64,000 nt of DNA from an uncultured Candidatus Saccharibacteria bacterium (GCA_964468315.1 CAYXTA010000001.1:64277-128276), one strand, 5' to 3'; positions 45,004 to 57,530 are shown, counted from the stretch's first letter. A program made the numbers and translations. The notes: generated from the letters alone by a model not told the origin.

Positions 45004-45921
45004 ATGGCAAATATAACAACAGAACAGCATAATACAGAGCACGTAAATCACGAAGTAACTATATACGCAGAACCTATTTTTTCTGTAGGTAATTTTCAAA
45101 TCACAAATTCACTTATCACTTCTTGGCTCGCACTTATAATCATTTTCGCACTGGCTCTCACTATCAGAAGAAAAATGAAAAAAATACCAGGTAAACTTCA
45201 GCATTTTTTTGAAATAATTATGAATGGTGCGATTTCTCTTTGCGATCAAGTTACTAATGACAGGAAGATATCGGTAAAGATATTTCCGCTTATCTTTTCA
45301 CTTTTTCTTTTTATTCTCATATCCAACTGGCTCGGGCTAGTACCAGGCTTAGGTGCCCTTGGTTTTACTCTATATGAGGCAGGTCATGCTTCTTTTGTTC
45401 CTCTTTTCCGTTCGGGTACGGCTGACATCAACACAACCCTTGCTTTCGGCCTCATGGTTGTCATCGCTTCCAATTTCTTTGGCGTCATCACGGTTGGTGC
45501 ATGGAAAACTTTCAATAAATATGTTAATCTAAAAGCGCTCGGTTCTATGGTCACCAAGGTGCGCAAAGATCCGGGTGTGATCATTGTTGCCCCCATTACA
45601 TTCTTTGTAGGGCTTCTCGAGCTCATTGGGGAAATGGCAAAAGTCGCTTCGCTCTCGTTCCGTCTTTTTGGAAACGTTTTTGCAGGAGAGGTGCTTTTAG
45701 TGTCGATGTCTGCACTTTTTGCGTATCTCGTACCTGCACCGTTCCTCTTTTTAGAGGTGTTCGTCGGCTTGATACAGGCACTTATCTTCAGTCTTCTTGC
45801 GGCAGTCTATTTCACTATAGCAGCACAAGACCATGATGAACATGAACCTGCCCACCCTCACGATGTGTCGGGAACAGGAGGGGAGCATGAGCATCACGAC
45901 AAAGAAGTGGCGCATGCATAA
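45004..45921 (+). CDS. atpB: F-type ATP synthase Fo subunit a, with a His/acidic-rich C-terminal extension.
   Basis: Conserved Arg-containing helix (LSFRLFGNVFAGEVLL). Tail AQDHDEHEPAHPHDVSGTGGEHEHHDKEVAHA. Confidence 0.85.
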   Translation: MANITTEQHNTEHVNHEVTIYAEPIFSVGNFQITNSLITSWLALIIIFALALTIRRKMKKIPGKLQHFFEIIMNGAISLCDQVTNDRKISVKIFPLIFSLFLFILISNWLGLVPGLGALGFTLYEAGHASFVPLFRSGTADINTTLAFGLMVVIASNFFGVITVGAWKTFNKYVNLKALGSMVTKVRKDPGVIIVAPITFFVGLLELIGEMAKVASLSFRLFGNVFAGEVLLVSMSALFAYLVPAPFLFLEVFVGLIQALIFSLLAAVYFTIAAQDHDEHEPAHPHDVSGTGGEHEHHDKEVAHA

Positions 45922-45981
45922 ATTATTAAAAAGTAGTCGAAAAATTATTAGTAATCCGTCCCGCACAGCGGGATCAATTAA

Positions 45982-46230
<249 letters not shown>

Positions 46231-46255
46231 TGTTTGAAGCCTCAATGTTCAATTT

Positions 46256-46750
46256 TTGAACATTGTGCTTTGGATAGTATTAAAAATTAAAATAAATAAA
46301 ATTATGGATTCATTAATATCAACATTTCATATAGATTTCAAATTGATGATTGCTCAGCTCTTTAACTTTGCACTCGTCTTCATATGTTTGTATTTCATTG
46401 CAGCGAAGCCACTCCGCAAGCTCATCGATGACCGCGATGAAGAGATAAAGAAAGGCCTCGCTGATGCTAAAGCCAATGCTGAAATTCTTGAAAACACAGC
46501 AAAAGAATCAGAAGCAGCTATGCGTAAAGCTCGCACTGAAGCAAATGAAATCTTTGATAAAGCAAAAAAGGAAGTAGAAAAGAAAAAGACTGAAATGCTA
46601 GAGAATGCAAAAAAAGAAGTCTCTGATATGTTAGCTCAAGGAAAGAAAATGCTTGATTCAGAAAGAGAAAAGATGATAGCTGAAGCAAAGAATGAAGTAG
46701 TAGGTTTGGTTGTCTCTGCAACAGAGAAAATTCTTGCAGAAAAAAAATAA
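46256..46750 (+). CDS. atpF: F-type ATP synthase Fo subunit b.
   Basis: N-terminal TM plus a long charged helix. The true start is possibly the Met at 46304. Confidence 0.75.
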   Translation: MNIVLWIVLKIKINKIMDSLISTFHIDFKLMIAQLFNFALVFICLYFIAAKPLRKLIDDRDEEIKKGLADAKANAEILENTAKESEAAMRKARTEANEIFDKAKKEVEKKKTEMLENAKKEVSDMLAQGKKMLDSEREKMIAEAKNEVVGLVVSATEKILAEKK

Positions 46751-46761
46751 ATAATAAAAAT

Positions 46762-47169
46762 ATGGCAAAAATTTCAGTACAAAACATAGCTCAAGCGATA
46801 TCGGATTTTACTAAAGGTAAATCCGGCAGTGACTTGGATATTGCTTGTAAAGAAACACTGAAATTTTTAAATAAAAAGAAATTGTTAAATAGATCGAATG
46901 AAATACTAGATTCAGTTGGAAAAATAATAGACAAAGAAGATGGAGTGGTGAGAATAAAAGTTTTATCTGCTAAAAACTTAGATGGGCATCAGAAAAAAGA
47001 AATCGAAGAAAATATAAAACAAAAATACGGAGCGAAAGAAATAGTAAGTGAATATATGGAAGACAAAGAATTACTAGGAGGGATGAAAATAATAATCGGT
47101 GAAGAAATACTAGACACGACATACAGAAATAAATTGAATCAATTAGCAACACACTTAATCAATAAATAA
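46762..47169 (+). CDS. atpH: F-type ATP synthase subunit delta (OSCP), short form.
   Basis: Position between atpF and atpA. C-terminal [24 protein letters not shown] is OSCP-like. Only 135 aa. Confidence 0.65.
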   Translation: MAKISVQNIAQAISDFTKGKSGSDLDIACKETLKFLNKKKLLNRSNEILDSVGKIIDKEDGVVRIKVLSAKNLDGHQKKEIEENIKQKYGAKEIVSEYMEDKELLGGMKIIIGEEILDTTYRNKLNQLATHLINK

Positions 47170-47170
47170 T

Positions 47171-48673
47171 ATGACAAAAAATAACATTGTAGAAAATTTA
47201 AGAAAAGAAATAGAAAATTTCAAAGCTGATACAAAAGCTGAAAAGATCGGCCACGTTGTCGAAGTTTTCGATGGTATTGCAAAAGTCTCAGGTCTTTCAG
47301 ATATCAAAGCTTCTGAAATGGTTACTTTCTCAAATGGTGTTGAAGGTGTTGCTCTTAATCTAGAAGATGATTCTGTGGGTGTTATCGTTCTTGGCGATTT
47401 CTCAAAGATTCGTGAAGGGGATGAAGTGAAAGCTACTGGTAGAATTCTCGAAGTTCCTGTTTCAGATCTACAAATCGGTCGCGTATTAAACGCTCTCGGT
47501 CAACCTATCGATGGTAAGGGTGTTGTAAAAACAGATAAGACAAATCCTGTGGAGCGTGTTGCTTCTGGGGTTATGAGTCGTCAATCAGTCGATCAACCAG
47601 TACAAACAGGTATCAAAGCTATCGATGCACTTATTCCTATTGGTCGTGGACAACGTGAGCTCATAATCGGTGACCGTCAAACTGGTAAGACTGCTATTGC
47701 TATCGATGCTATCTTGAACCAAAAAGGTCAGAATATGATCTGTGTTTATGTTTCAATCGGTCAAAAAGATTCTAAACTTCGTAAGATAGAAACTCGTCTC
47801 GCCGAAGGTGGCGCGATGGATTACACCATCATCGTCTCTGCTGGTTCATCAGAACCTGCAGCTATGTCTTACATTGCTCCTTATACTGGTGTCGCTATCG
47901 CTGAACACTTTATGGATGCAGGAAAAGATGTTTTGATTATTTACGACGATCTTTCAAAGCACGCTGTTGCGTATCGTGAAATCTCACTTTTGCTCCGCCG
48001 TCCACCAGGCCGTGAAGCGTATCCTGGAGATGTGTTCTATTTGCACTCACGTTTGCTCGAACGTGCTTGTCGAAAAAATAAAGATTACGGAGGTGGATCT
48101 ATCACAGCTCTTCCTATCATCGAAACTCAAGCTGGAGATATTTCTGCGTACATTCCTACAAACGTTATTTCTATCACTGATGGACAAATCTTCCTCGAAA
48201 CGGATCTCTTCTATAAAGGCGTGCGCCCTGCTGTGAACGTCGGCTTCTCTGTGTCTCGCGTGGGAGGATCTGCACAAATCAAGGGTATGAAGAAAGTTGC
48301 TGGAACTTTGAAACTCGACCTCGCACAATTCCGTGAACTCGAAGCCTTTTCACAATTCGGTTCTGATCTCGATGACGCTACAAAGAGACAACTAGAAAGA
48401 GGAAAGAGAGCAGTGGAAATGCTTAAACAACCACAATATTCTCCGATCGTCGTCGAACATCAGATCATTACTTTGTTTGCTTTGGTCAAAGGCCTTCTCG
48501 ATGAAGTGCCAGTAGAAAAGATTAAAGAATTTGAAGCAGGACTTATTTCTTATGCGGAAAATAATGCAAAAACTTTCCTCAAAGAAATCCGCGAAGCAAA
48601 AATGTGGACTGATGCTGGTGAAGCAGAATTAAAACAAGCGATAGGGGATTTTAAAGCAGGATTTTTGAGTTAA
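47171..48673 (+). CDS. atpA: F-type ATP synthase subunit alpha.
   Basis: P-loop GDRQTGKT, plus ...[28 protein letters not shown]. Confidence 0.95.
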   Translation: MTKNNIVENLRKEIENFKADTKAEKIGHVVEVFDGIAKVSGLSDIKASEMVTFSNGVEGVALNLEDDSVGVIVLGDFSKIREGDEVKATGRILEVPVSDLQIGRVLNALGQPIDGKGVVKTDKTNPVERVASGVMSRQSVDQPVQTGIKAIDALIPIGRGQRELIIGDRQTGKTAIAIDAILNQKGQNMICVYVSIGQKDSKLRKIETRLAEGGAMDYTIIVSAGSSEPAAMSYIAPYTGVAIAEHFMDAGKDVLIIYDDLSKHAVAYREISLLLRRPPGREAYPGDVFYLHSRLLERACRKNKDYGGGSITALPIIETQAGDISAYIPTNVISITDGQIFLETDLFYKGVRPAVNVGFSVSRVGGSAQIKGMKKVAGTLKLDLAQFRELEAFSQFGSDLDDATKRQLERGKRAVEMLKQPQYSPIVVEHQIITLFALVKGLLDEVPVEKIKEFEAGLISYAENNAKTFLKEIREAKMWTDAGEAELKQAIGDFKAGFLS

Positions 48674-48679
48674 AAAATT

Positions 48680-48982
48680 ATGAAAAATACGCGTTTAATT
48701 TTTAATATAGATTGCCTCTTAATTATCCTATGGGTCATTGAGGTAGTTTTTCTATTTAGAAGTGAGAATTTCATAGTTATAGCGTACAATATTATTTTTC
48801 TACTTTGCTTAAGTGTCATATCTTTTGTTTTGGGTATTTGGGGAATTAAAATGACACAAGGCATAACATTAATTACTGATATTAATGAACTAAGATTATA
48901 TAAAAAATTGTATTATATCTCTTTGCTCTTAATTTTAGTAACGATCATAACTTTTTTTATTAAATTCAATGGCATCAACTAA
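48680..48982 (+). CDS. Small 3-TM hypothetical protein inserted between atpA and atpG.
   Basis: 100-aa hydrophobic ORF, co-directional, 6 nt after atpA and overlapping atpG by 14 nt. Confidence 0.4.
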   Translation: MKNTRLIFNIDCLLIILWVIEVVFLFRSENFIVIAYNIIFLLCLSVISFVLGIWGIKMTQGITLITDINELRLYKKLYYISLLLILVTIITFFIKFNGIN

Positions 48983-49874
48983 AGAAATTAAAAATCGAAT
49001 AAAGAGTATCAAGAATACGAAAAAGATCACGAAGGCGATGGAGCTCGTGGCAGCTTCGAAGATGCGACGTGCGGTGGCAACTACGCTCGCTTCACGTTCA
49101 TATGCGGGATACTCTTGGGAACTTTTAACTTCTTTGAGTGGTAAACTCGATGATGTGAAGCATGTATTTTTTGATGAAATGAAAGAAGGTAAGACTTTGA
49201 TCGTCCTCATTACTTCCAATGGATCATTGTGCGGAGGTTACAATGCCCAAGCCATAAAGAAAGCATTACAAATTTTAAAACAAGATACTACAAAAGAAAT
49301 AGACTTTATTTCAATCGGTAAAAAGGGTGACAATGCAATGCGAAAAATCGGTCAAAATATCATTGCATCTTTTACAGACTTGCCAGTAAATATTTCAATA
49401 AATAATGTAAACTCTATTTCAGCTCTAATTTTAAATGAATATAAAAAGGGAATATATAAAGAAGTCTTTGTTGTTTATACCGACTTCATCTCTGCACTTA
49501 CACAGAAACCAAATGCCAGAAAACTTTTACCTATATCTAAAGAAGAATTGAAAGATTTCCTGGAGATCGAGAAAGAAAATATTATAAAACAAGATCTTAA
49601 GGCAGTTACGAACGAAATTCCATATTTGATAGAAGGCGATGCAAATAAATTGATAGAAATGTTGGCCGAGAAATTGGTTAGAATGCAGGTATACCAAATG
49701 TTGCTCGAGTCGGGAGCAAGTGAGCAGTCAGCTAGAATGGTAGCCATGAAGAATGCGAGTGAAGCTGCCGGAGAAATGATAGACAACCTAACCCTCGTAT
49801 TCAACAAAGCCCGCCAAGCTGGTATCACTCAAGAAATTTCCGAGATCAGTGCAGGTATGGCAAGTGTGTCGTAA
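48969..49874 (+). CDS. atpG: F-type ATP synthase subunit gamma.
   Basis: MASTKEIKNRIKSIKNTKKITKAMELVAASKMRRA...; conserved C-terminal helix. Confidence 0.9.
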   Translation: MASTKEIKNRIKSIKNTKKITKAMELVAASKMRRAVATTLASRSYAGYSWELLTSLSGKLDDVKHVFFDEMKEGKTLIVLITSNGSLCGGYNAQAIKKALQILKQDTTKEIDFISIGKKGDNAMRKIGQNIIASFTDLPVNISINNVNSISALILNEYKKGIYKEVFVVYTDFISALTQKPNARKLLPISKEELKDFLEIEKENIIKQDLKAVTNEIPYLIEGDANKLIEMLAEKLVRMQVYQMLLESGASEQSARMVAMKNASEAAGEMIDNLTLVFNKARQAGITQEISEISAGMASVS

Positions 49875-49882
49875 TAATTTAT

Positions 49883-50371
49883 ATGGAAGGATATAAAAAT
49901 TCACAAGAAAATATTGAAAATCTTAGAAAAATTGCTAAAAAAGTCAATGATTATTTGGATCCTATAGTTAAAAAAATTTTTGATATAAAGTCACGATTAA
50001 ACTACATTGAAACAAATATAATAGATTTTTCAGAAGCCAAATCAAAATTGGAAGATCGAGCAGATAAATCAGAAAAGCTTGGTTTACCTGATGAAACTAT
50101 TGAAAAGGATTGGAAAGAAGTTTGGGATGAATACGAAAAAACAAATCAAATCATTAAAGAAACCAGACCAGAAAAAAACTTAGACATTAAAGACGTGGTA
50201 AAAAATATAAAGCAAATAGATGTAAATGGAGAACTTGAGAAAAATATAAATGAAATATATGGAGAGCGGGATATTAAAAGTTGGGAAGAATTTATTGAAG
50301 GGTTAAACATTGCTTTAAAAATTTCTCCATCACATTGGGAAAATTTAAGAAGAAGGTCAGAAACAAATTAA
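49883..50371 (+). CDS. Hypothetical soluble protein inserted between atpG and atpD.
   Basis: 162-aa charged, helical ORF, co-directional. Confidence 0.4.
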   Translation: MEGYKNSQENIENLRKIAKKVNDYLDPIVKKIFDIKSRLNYIETNIIDFSEAKSKLEDRADKSEKLGLPDETIEKDWKEVWDEYEKTNQIIKETRPEKNLDIKDVVKNIKQIDVNGELEKNINEIYGERDIKSWEEFIEGLNIALKISPSHWENLRRRSETN

Positions 50372-50393
50372 AAATTATTATAAACATTATTAA

Positions 50394-51752
<1,359 letters not shown>

Positions 51753-51763
51753 AAAGTTAAAAC

Positions 51764-52282
51764 ATGGTCAATGAAATACCAAAATTAAACATCACACCAA
51801 GAGAGCAACCTGAATTTAGACCAAAAAGTTCTAAGCAAGAGCTTTTAAATCTACGTATACAGATTGTTAATGACACTGTAAACAATAACCTTCCTTCTTT
51901 TAAGGAAGTGCATCTAATGCATGGAGATGAACAAATTGGTGGTTTAGATTTTGAGCAATATCCTGAAGATAAATTTATTAAAATAAATAAAGCTACGCTT
52001 GACAACAAGTACAAAGGAAACGATCTTGGTATGAAGTTATATGAAACACTTATATCTTTTGCTAAAGAAAATAATTTTGAAAAGATAAAGAGTGATAATA
52101 TTGTTCAAGGAGGAGCTATTGCAGTATGGATAAAATTGTCTGATAAATATAAAGTTTTAGTAAATCCAAGTATCCAGGAAAAATATACTGAATTTGTAAA
52201 AATTTATAAAGATAACAAGTTTTTTAAGGATTACTTATCAGTCTCTCCAGGTGAAAGTGTTTTTGAATTAGATTTAAAATAA
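51764..52282 (+). CDS. Possible GNAT-fold acetyltransferase-like protein inserted between atpD and atpC.
   Basis: YKGNDLGMKLYETLISFAKENNFEKI resembles GNAT motif A. This is a weak call. Confidence 0.35.
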   Translation: MVNEIPKLNITPREQPEFRPKSSKQELLNLRIQIVNDTVNNNLPSFKEVHLMHGDEQIGGLDFEQYPEDKFIKINKATLDNKYKGNDLGMKLYETLISFAKENNFEKIKSDNIVQGGAIAVWIKLSDKYKVLVNPSIQEKYTEFVKIYKDNKFFKDYLSVSPGESVFELDLK

Positions 52283-52289
52283 AAATAAT

Positions 52290-52733
52290 ATGGCAAAACA
52301 ATTAAAACTAAAAATAGTCACCCCAGAAAAGCTCGTATTGGAAGAGCTTGTTGAAAGTGTGACATTGCCGACATTGGAAGGGGATATCACAATCTTGCCT
52401 GAACATGTGCCAATCATCGCTGGGCTCAAATCTGGGGATGTCGTTGCGTTTGTAAATGGTGAGCATGTACCGATGGCTGTCGTCGGTGGTTTTGTCGAAG
52501 TTAAGAAAGAAGATGGAATTACAACTGTCGCAGTGCTTGCCGACTTCGCAGAACATATTGCAGATATTACTGACGAAGCAATAGAGAAAGCAAAAGCTCG
52601 TGCAGAAGAACTCCGAAAGCTCGCAGAAAACAAAGAACATGTCGACTACGAACATTTTGCAACTGAACTCGAACGCTCTCTCACTCGCGTCAAAATCGCA
52701 GATAAATGGAAGACAAGAAAATATAGAAAATAA
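52290..52733 (+). CDS. atpC: F-type ATP synthase subunit epsilon.
   Basis: KLKIVTPEKLVLEELVESVTLPTLEGDITILPEHVP, with a C-terminal helical hairpin. Confidence 0.85.
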   Translation: MAKQLKLKIVTPEKLVLEELVESVTLPTLEGDITILPEHVPIIAGLKSGDVVAFVNGEHVPMAVVGGFVEVKKEDGITTVAVLADFAEHIADITDEAIEKAKARAEELRKLAENKEHVDYEHFATELERSLTRVKIADKWKTRKYRK

Positions 52734-52737
52734 AAAT

Positions 52738-52768
52738 TAAAAACTCCCTAGTGTGGGAGTTTTTAATT
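52738..52768 (+). terminator. Intrinsic terminator of the atp operon.
   Basis: AAAAACTCCCTAGTGTGGGAGTTTTTAATTTTTT. Confidence 0.65.
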
Positions 52769-52785
52769 TTTTGTTATAATAAACT

Positions 52786-53254
52786 TATGCAAAATATTGA
52801 AGAAAAAATTGAAAGTGTAGATATGAAGATAATTCACTTTATAAAAAAGCATTCTTTGCCAATGGCTCGTTGGGCTATTTTTATCGTGTACTTTTGGTTT
52901 GGAATTTTGAAAGTTTTTTCTTTGAGCCCTGCGAATCCAATAGTGGCAGATTTATTAAGTCATACTTTACCTTTTATTTCTTTCGATACTTTTATTTTAT
53001 CTCTTGGAATCTTCGAAATGATTATAGCTTTTGTTTTTATTATCAAAGGTTTTGAACGTTTGGCATTTCTTTTATTAATAGTTCATCTCATTACAACAAT
53101 AATGCCATTATTTATCTTGCCTACAGTGGCTTGGCAATCATTCCTTGTGCCTACAATAGAAGGTCAATATATTTTAAAAAATGTTTTAATCGTCGCTTGT
53201 GCTATGGGCATAGTCGCACATTTACATCCTTTAAATTATAAAAATAATGTCTAA
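52786..53254 (+). CDS. Hypothetical 4-5 TM membrane protein.
   Basis: Hydrophobic ORF. The Met at 52786 is preferred because the track start at 52751 overlaps the terminator. Confidence 0.4.
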
Positions 53255-53921
53255 TTTTTACGTTATAGCGACGCCAATAGGAAATATGGAAGATATTACA
53301 CTTCGAGCAATTCGTATTTTAGGTGAGGTTGATTTGATATTGTGCGAAGATACTCGTATGACACAGAAAATTTTAAATAAATACGAAATAAAAAAAGCTA
53401 CAATGAGCTATCATGCTCAAAGTAAGATTGGCAAGATAGACAAAATTTTTGAATTACTAGAAGAAGGAAAAAATATTGCACTTGTATCAGATGCTGGTAC
53501 ACCGGGGATTTCCGATCCAGGTGCATTACTTGTGTCACAAATAAAAGAAAGGTTTAATGATGGAGTAAAAATAATACCAATACCAGGAGCAACAGCACTC
53601 ATAAGTGCACTTTCTGCTTGCGGACTTCCAATACACGAATTCACTTTCCTTGGTTTCCTTCCTCACAAGAAGGGAAGAGAGACTTTATTTAAAGAGATAG
53701 CTGAAGCAAAACGTACTATGGTTTTTTATGAATCTACACATCGTATATTAAAAACACTTGAATCTTTAGATAAATTTGCACCAAATAAGAAAGTTTGTGT
53801 AGCTAGAGAAATAACAAAAATATATGAAGATTTCAAAACAGACTCTCCAAAAGATATATTAGAATTCTTCAAAAAAAACCCAACAAAGGTAAAAGGGGAG
53901 TTCGTGGTCATTGTTGCATAG
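53247..53921 (+). CDS. rsmI: 16S rRNA (cytidine1402-2'-O)-methyltransferase RsmI (tetrapyrrole-methylase fold).
   Basis: FYVIATPIGNMEDITLRAIRILGEVDLILCEDTR...SDAGTPGISDPG. Confidence 0.8.
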   Translation: MSNFYVIATPIGNMEDITLRAIRILGEVDLILCEDTRMTQKILNKYEIKKATMSYHAQSKIGKIDKIFELLEEGKNIALVSDAGTPGISDPGALLVSQIKERFNDGVKIIPIPGATALISALSACGLPIHEFTFLGFLPHKKGRETLFKEIAEAKRTMVFYESTHRILKTLESLDKFAPNKKVCVAREITKIYEDFKTDSPKDILEFFKKNPTKVKGEFVVIVA

Positions 53922-53948
53922 ACTTTTTTCTCAGAGTATAATGTTTGT

Positions 53949-54185
53949 ATGAAAACAGCACGAACACTTTTGATTTTAGGTATTTGGATAGCAATATTGC
54001 CATACTTAGGATTCCCTTATTCTTGGAAAAAAATACTATTGACATTGTCTGGTCTTGGTGTTGCTTATGTGGCTTATATTTTATACAAAAAAGAAAAGAT
54101 AGATACTAAAAATATTGGTTCTATGAAGTTTGATAATTTCTCTCAAAATAGTGGTTTTAGAAACAACCCTCATGAACAGATTTAG
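53949..54185 (+). CDS. Small 2-TM hypothetical protein.
   Basis: 78 aa. Overlaps the ctpA start by 14 nt. Confidence 0.3.
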   Translation: MKTARTLLILGIWIAILPYLGFPYSWKKILLTLSGLGVAYVAYILYKKEKIDTKNIGSMKFDNFSQNSGFRNNPHEQI

Positions 54186-55404
54186 AGATTTTTTTTATAG
54201 AACAAAATATATTTTTTTAGCTACTTTTTTAGTTGTAGGTTTTTTCTTTTTTGGTATTTATGTTGGCCAAGGTAAAGTTCCAGAAATAGAAAAAGTTCTT
54301 GCACTAAGTAATAAAGATCCCCAAGTATCTACAACAGCTGATTTCGCTCCTTTTTGGAAAGTTTGGAATACAATAAATGAAAAATATCCAAATGCAAAAA
54401 ATGTTTCTGATCAAGACAGAGTTTATGGTGCAATAAAAGGTCTTACAAATTCTTTAAATGATCCATACAGTACATTTTTCTCTCCTGATGAAACAAAAAT
54501 GTTTGAGAGTGATATAAGTGGAGAATTCACTGGTGTTGGTATGGAAGTCGGTATAAAAGATAAAATTCTCACAGTTATTGCACCTCTTAAAGGTACTCCA
54601 GCATATAATGCAGGAATAAAATCTGGAGATAAGATTTTAAAAATCGACAAAACAGTCACCTCTGATTTAAATATTGAACAAGCTATAAAACTTATTCGTG
54701 GTGAAAAAGGTACTGAAGTAGTTCTTACAATATACAGAGATGGAGCAAAAAAACCATTAGAAATAAAAATTGTTCGCGATGTCATAAATACTCCTACTAT
54801 TGAAGCAGAATTAAATAAAGATGGAATTTTTGTTGTTAGTTTGTATAGTTTTTCTGCAAACTCAGCTTCTTTGTTTAGAGATGCAATGAAAAAATTTGTT
54901 GATTCTGGTTCTGATAAATTACTTTTAGATCTACGTGGTAATCCTGGTGGATACTTAGAAGCTTCTATAGATATGGCTAGTTGGTTCTTATCACCAGGTA
55001 AAACTGTCGTTATAGAAGATTATGGAAATAATATAAAACAAAAAATTTTTAGAAGTCATGGTTATGATATTTTTAATAATAATTTAAAATTTGTAATCCT
55101 TATGGATAGCGGTTCAGCATCAGCTTCAGAGATATTTGCTGGTGCAATGCAAGATCATAAGATTGCAAAATTAGTCGGTACAAAGAGTTATGGTAAAGGT
55201 TCTGTGCAAGAAGTCATAGATGTAACACCTGATACAATTTTTAAAATAACAGTAGCAAAATGGCTTACACCACTTGGAAGATCTATATCAGAAAAAGGTC
55301 TTGATCCAGATTACAAAGTAGAAATTACAGAAAAAGATCTTGAAAATAAAAAAGATGCTCAAATGGAGAAAGCTATAGAATTATTAAAGAATTGGTCTAA
55401 ATAA
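54172..55404 (+). CDS. Carboxyl-terminal processing protease (S41 family, CtpA/Prc-like) with a PDZ domain.
   Basis: N-terminal TM. PDZ (GVGMEVGIKD...GDKILKID). Catalytic region LRGNPGGYL...DSGSASASEIFAGA. ATG at 54172 is preferred over the TTG track start. Confidence 0.8.
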   Translation: MNRFRDFFYRTKYIFLATFLVVGFFFFGIYVGQGKVPEIEKVLALSNKDPQVSTTADFAPFWKVWNTINEKYPNAKNVSDQDRVYGAIKGLTNSLNDPYSTFFSPDETKMFESDISGEFTGVGMEVGIKDKILTVIAPLKGTPAYNAGIKSGDKILKIDKTVTSDLNIEQAIKLIRGEKGTEVVLTIYRDGAKKPLEIKIVRDVINTPTIEAELNKDGIFVVSLYSFSANSASLFRDAMKKFVDSGSDKLLLDLRGNPGGYLEASIDMASWFLSPGKTVVIEDYGNNIKQKIFRSHGYDIFNNNLKFVILMDSGSASASEIFAGAMQDHKIAKLVGTKSYGKGSVQEVIDVTPDTIFKITVAKWLTPLGRSISEKGLDPDYKVEITEKDLENKKDAQMEKAIELLKNWSK

Positions 55405-55430
55405 ATTTATAAAAATAAAAAACAAAAAAT

Positions 55431-55874
55431 ATGAAAGTAATTTTCCTAAAAGATGTTCCAAGAGTTGGTAAAAGAAATGATGTAAAAGAAGTAAATGATG
55501 GATATGCAATGAATTTTCTTATTCCTAAGAAATTTGCTGAACTTGCAACTACAAAAGCTATAAATGCTTTAGAGCAACAAAAAAAAGAAATGATATTAGA
55601 GAGGACTATGGCAGAACAAGCTCTAATAAAAATAATGAATGAGATAAAAGATAAAGAAGTTACTATAAAAGGTAAAGCAAATGAAATAGGACATTTATTT
55701 TCCGCTATTCATAAAAAAGAAATTGTTGAAGCATTAAAAAGGGAACACAGGATAGATATAAATGAAGATTTCTTAGACTTAGAAAAACCACTTAAAAAAA
55801 CAGGTGAGTTTGAAATCTTTGTAAAAGTAAAAGATAAAAAAACTACATTCAAAGTTATAGTTAGCAAAATTTAA
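55431..55874 (+). CDS. rplI: 50S ribosomal protein L9.
   Basis: MKVIFLKDVPRVGKRNDVKEVNDGYAMNFLIP. Confidence 0.85.
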   Translation: MKVIFLKDVPRVGKRNDVKEVNDGYAMNFLIPKKFAELATTKAINALEQQKKEMILERTMAEQALIKIMNEIKDKEVTIKGKANEIGHLFSAIHKKEIVEALKREHRIDINEDFLDLEKPLKKTGEFEIFVKVKDKKTTFKVIVSKI

Positions 55875-55876
55875 CA

Positions 55877-55907
55877 AATTAAAAACCCAGATCATCCGGG
55901 TTTTTAA
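55877..55907. terminator. Bidirectional terminator between rplI (+) and rpmA (-).
   Basis: AAAAACCCAGATCATCCGGGTTTTTAATTTTT. Confidence 0.6.
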
Positions 55908-55910
55908 TTT

Positions 55911-56183
55911 TTATATTACGTTTACAGTTTTCTTTACAGAAGTTTTTCCATTGAAAGAAGTTTTACGTTTTGATCCAAATTTAACTTTCCCATCTCTGAG
56001 AGCGAATAGGGTATGATCTTTTCCCATTCCTACGTTTGTACCAGCCAATATAACTGTACCACGTTGACGAATGATAATAGAACCACTTTGAGCTTTTTGG
56101 CCATCATAAAGCTTCGTACCGAGGTATTGTGGGTTTGAGTCTCTTAAGTTTTTGGCGGTTCCGCCGGCTTTTCTATGTGCCAT
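55911..56183 (-). CDS. rpmA: 50S ribosomal protein L27.
   Basis: [29 protein letters not shown]... Confidence 0.9.
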   Translation of the reverse strand: MAHRKAGGTAKNLRDSNPQYLGTKLYDGQKAQSGSIIIRQRGTVILAGTNVGMGKDHTLFALRDGKVKFGSKRKTSFNGKTSVKKTVNVI

Positions 56184-56202
56184 TGCTTTATATTAAAATT
56201 AA

Positions 56203-56661
56203 ATGATAAAATATCTATGTAAAAAGAGTATAAACTATTCTATGGAAAAAATCAAGTCTTTTATAGAAAGTGAAAAAGGGAAGGATATACTGATTATTTT
56301 AATCATAATTTTAGTCGGCATTGCTTCATTTTTACTAGGAAGACTATCTAAAAAAGGCCAAAATGGCCAATTTAAGGTCATTTATCCTAATGGCCAAGCA
56401 AATGCCATTTCAGGGCTAAATGAGGCTCAAAATGGCTTAAATTTGCAAAAAAATGCTAATTTAAGCCAAAATACTGTATTGGATAAAAATTCAGATATTT
56501 CAATTCCTAAAGGAAATTTTTTCGCATCAAAAAGAGGGAAGAAATATTATGCACTTGGATGTTCTGCTGGTAAAACAATAAAAGATTCTAACAAAGTTTG
56601 GTTCAATACAGGGGAAGAGGCTGTTTTAGCTGGTTATGAGCTTTCTAGCTCCTGTAATTAA
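56203..56661 (+). CDS. Membrane-anchored hypothetical protein with a Gln/Asn-rich repeat region and a C-terminal Cys-containing motif.
   Basis: TM near the N-terminus. Repeats NGQ.../QNGLN. C-terminus KKYYALGCSAGKTIKDSNKVWFNTGEEAVLAGYELSSSC. Confidence 0.4.
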   Translation: MIKYLCKKSINYSMEKIKSFIESEKGKDILIILIIILVGIASFLLGRLSKKGQNGQFKVIYPNGQANAISGLNEAQNGLNLQKNANLSQNTVLDKNSDISIPKGNFFASKRGKKYYALGCSAGKTIKDSNKVWFNTGEEAVLAGYELSSSCN

Positions 56662-56738
56662 AATATAATAGAGTGTCGCACAATATATCTTTTACGACAC
56701 TATATATAAAAATAAAGCTTTTAAAATTAATACATAAA

Positions 56739-57359
56739 TTAGTTATGTATTACAAAAAAGCCGTGTAGTACTGCTACGAAGTTCAATACAGAATGAGTTA
56801 AAGATATTAGAAACAAATTAGGATATTTCATATAGATCACAGAAAATGCCAGTCCCCCGATAAATGCCAATGGAAGCATTAATTGAGGTATTGGATAGAT
56901 TATATGTAAAAGAGTAAAAAGGAGTGCGTTTATGATTACAACCCCCAATCTGTCATCAAAAATTTGTTTTAATTTAGGAATAAGAAAACTTCTATAAGCG
57001 AATTCTTGTAAAAAAGAAACTATTAAAAATAAAAACAAAAAATGAGGTTGAGTCCACCAATTTGGCTGTGGTTCCATTTCTAATTTTTCTGCATAAGCAA
57101 CAATAGATAAAACACTCAAAGTCATTAAGGATAAATAAGGTATTAAATATTTTTTAAATGTGTGTACAGATATACCTAATTCTTGTAGAGAATATTTTTC
57201 TTTTTTTATAATTCCGTATATAACAAGACATACGAGGATTAATATGAATACCCTTGCTTCTTTTGGTAAAATATTAAAATAGATCGACATTATAGGGACG
57301 ACGAATATAAAAAATATTTGTAGAAATACAATTTGTTTTTTATGAGTAGAAATTTCCAT
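56739..57359 (-). CDS. CPBP-family (CAAX protease / Abi, PF02517-like) intramembrane metalloprotease.
   Basis: Polytopic. LQEFAYRSFL (EExxxR-like) and FTLLHI (FxxxH) motifs. Confidence 0.55.
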   Translation of the reverse strand: MEISTHKKQIVFLQIFFIFVVPIMSIYFNILPKEARVFILILVCLVIYGIIKKEKYSLQELGISVHTFKKYLIPYLSLMTLSVLSIVAYAEKLEMEPQPNWWTQPHFLFLFLIVSFLQEFAYRSFLIPKLKQIFDDRLGVVIINALLFTLLHIIYPIPQLMLPLAFIGGLAFSVIYMKYPNLFLISLTHSVLNFVAVLHGFFVIHN

Positions 57360-57530
57360 TTTTATTTAGATAACATTTTTTATTGTATTAATTATCCAAT
57401 GAATTATTCCAGTAAATGTAATATGAAAATAAGACATTATAAGAAGTAAGATAACTATTATAAAAATAATTCTAAGAAAACCTCCCTCTTTATTTTGTAT
57501 ATTTTTATTCATATTTTTATTTTAACATAT

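Noticed and set aside
56380-56470. Short nucleotide repeats (AAATGGCCAA, AAATGGC...) that could be mistaken for a mini repeat array.
   Set aside because: They are in-frame within the 56203..56661 ORF and encode a Gln/Asn/Gly-rich repeat (NGQ.../QNGLN). There is no CRISPR-like regular repeat-spacer periodicity.
57362-57513. A roughly 50-aa hydrophobic ORF on the minus strand between the CPBP protease and the M23 peptidase (MNKNIQNKEGGFLRIIFIIVILLLIMSYFH...).
   Set aside because: It is below the ORF-track cutoff and has no supporting motif. It might be a real small membrane protein but cannot be supported from sequence alone.
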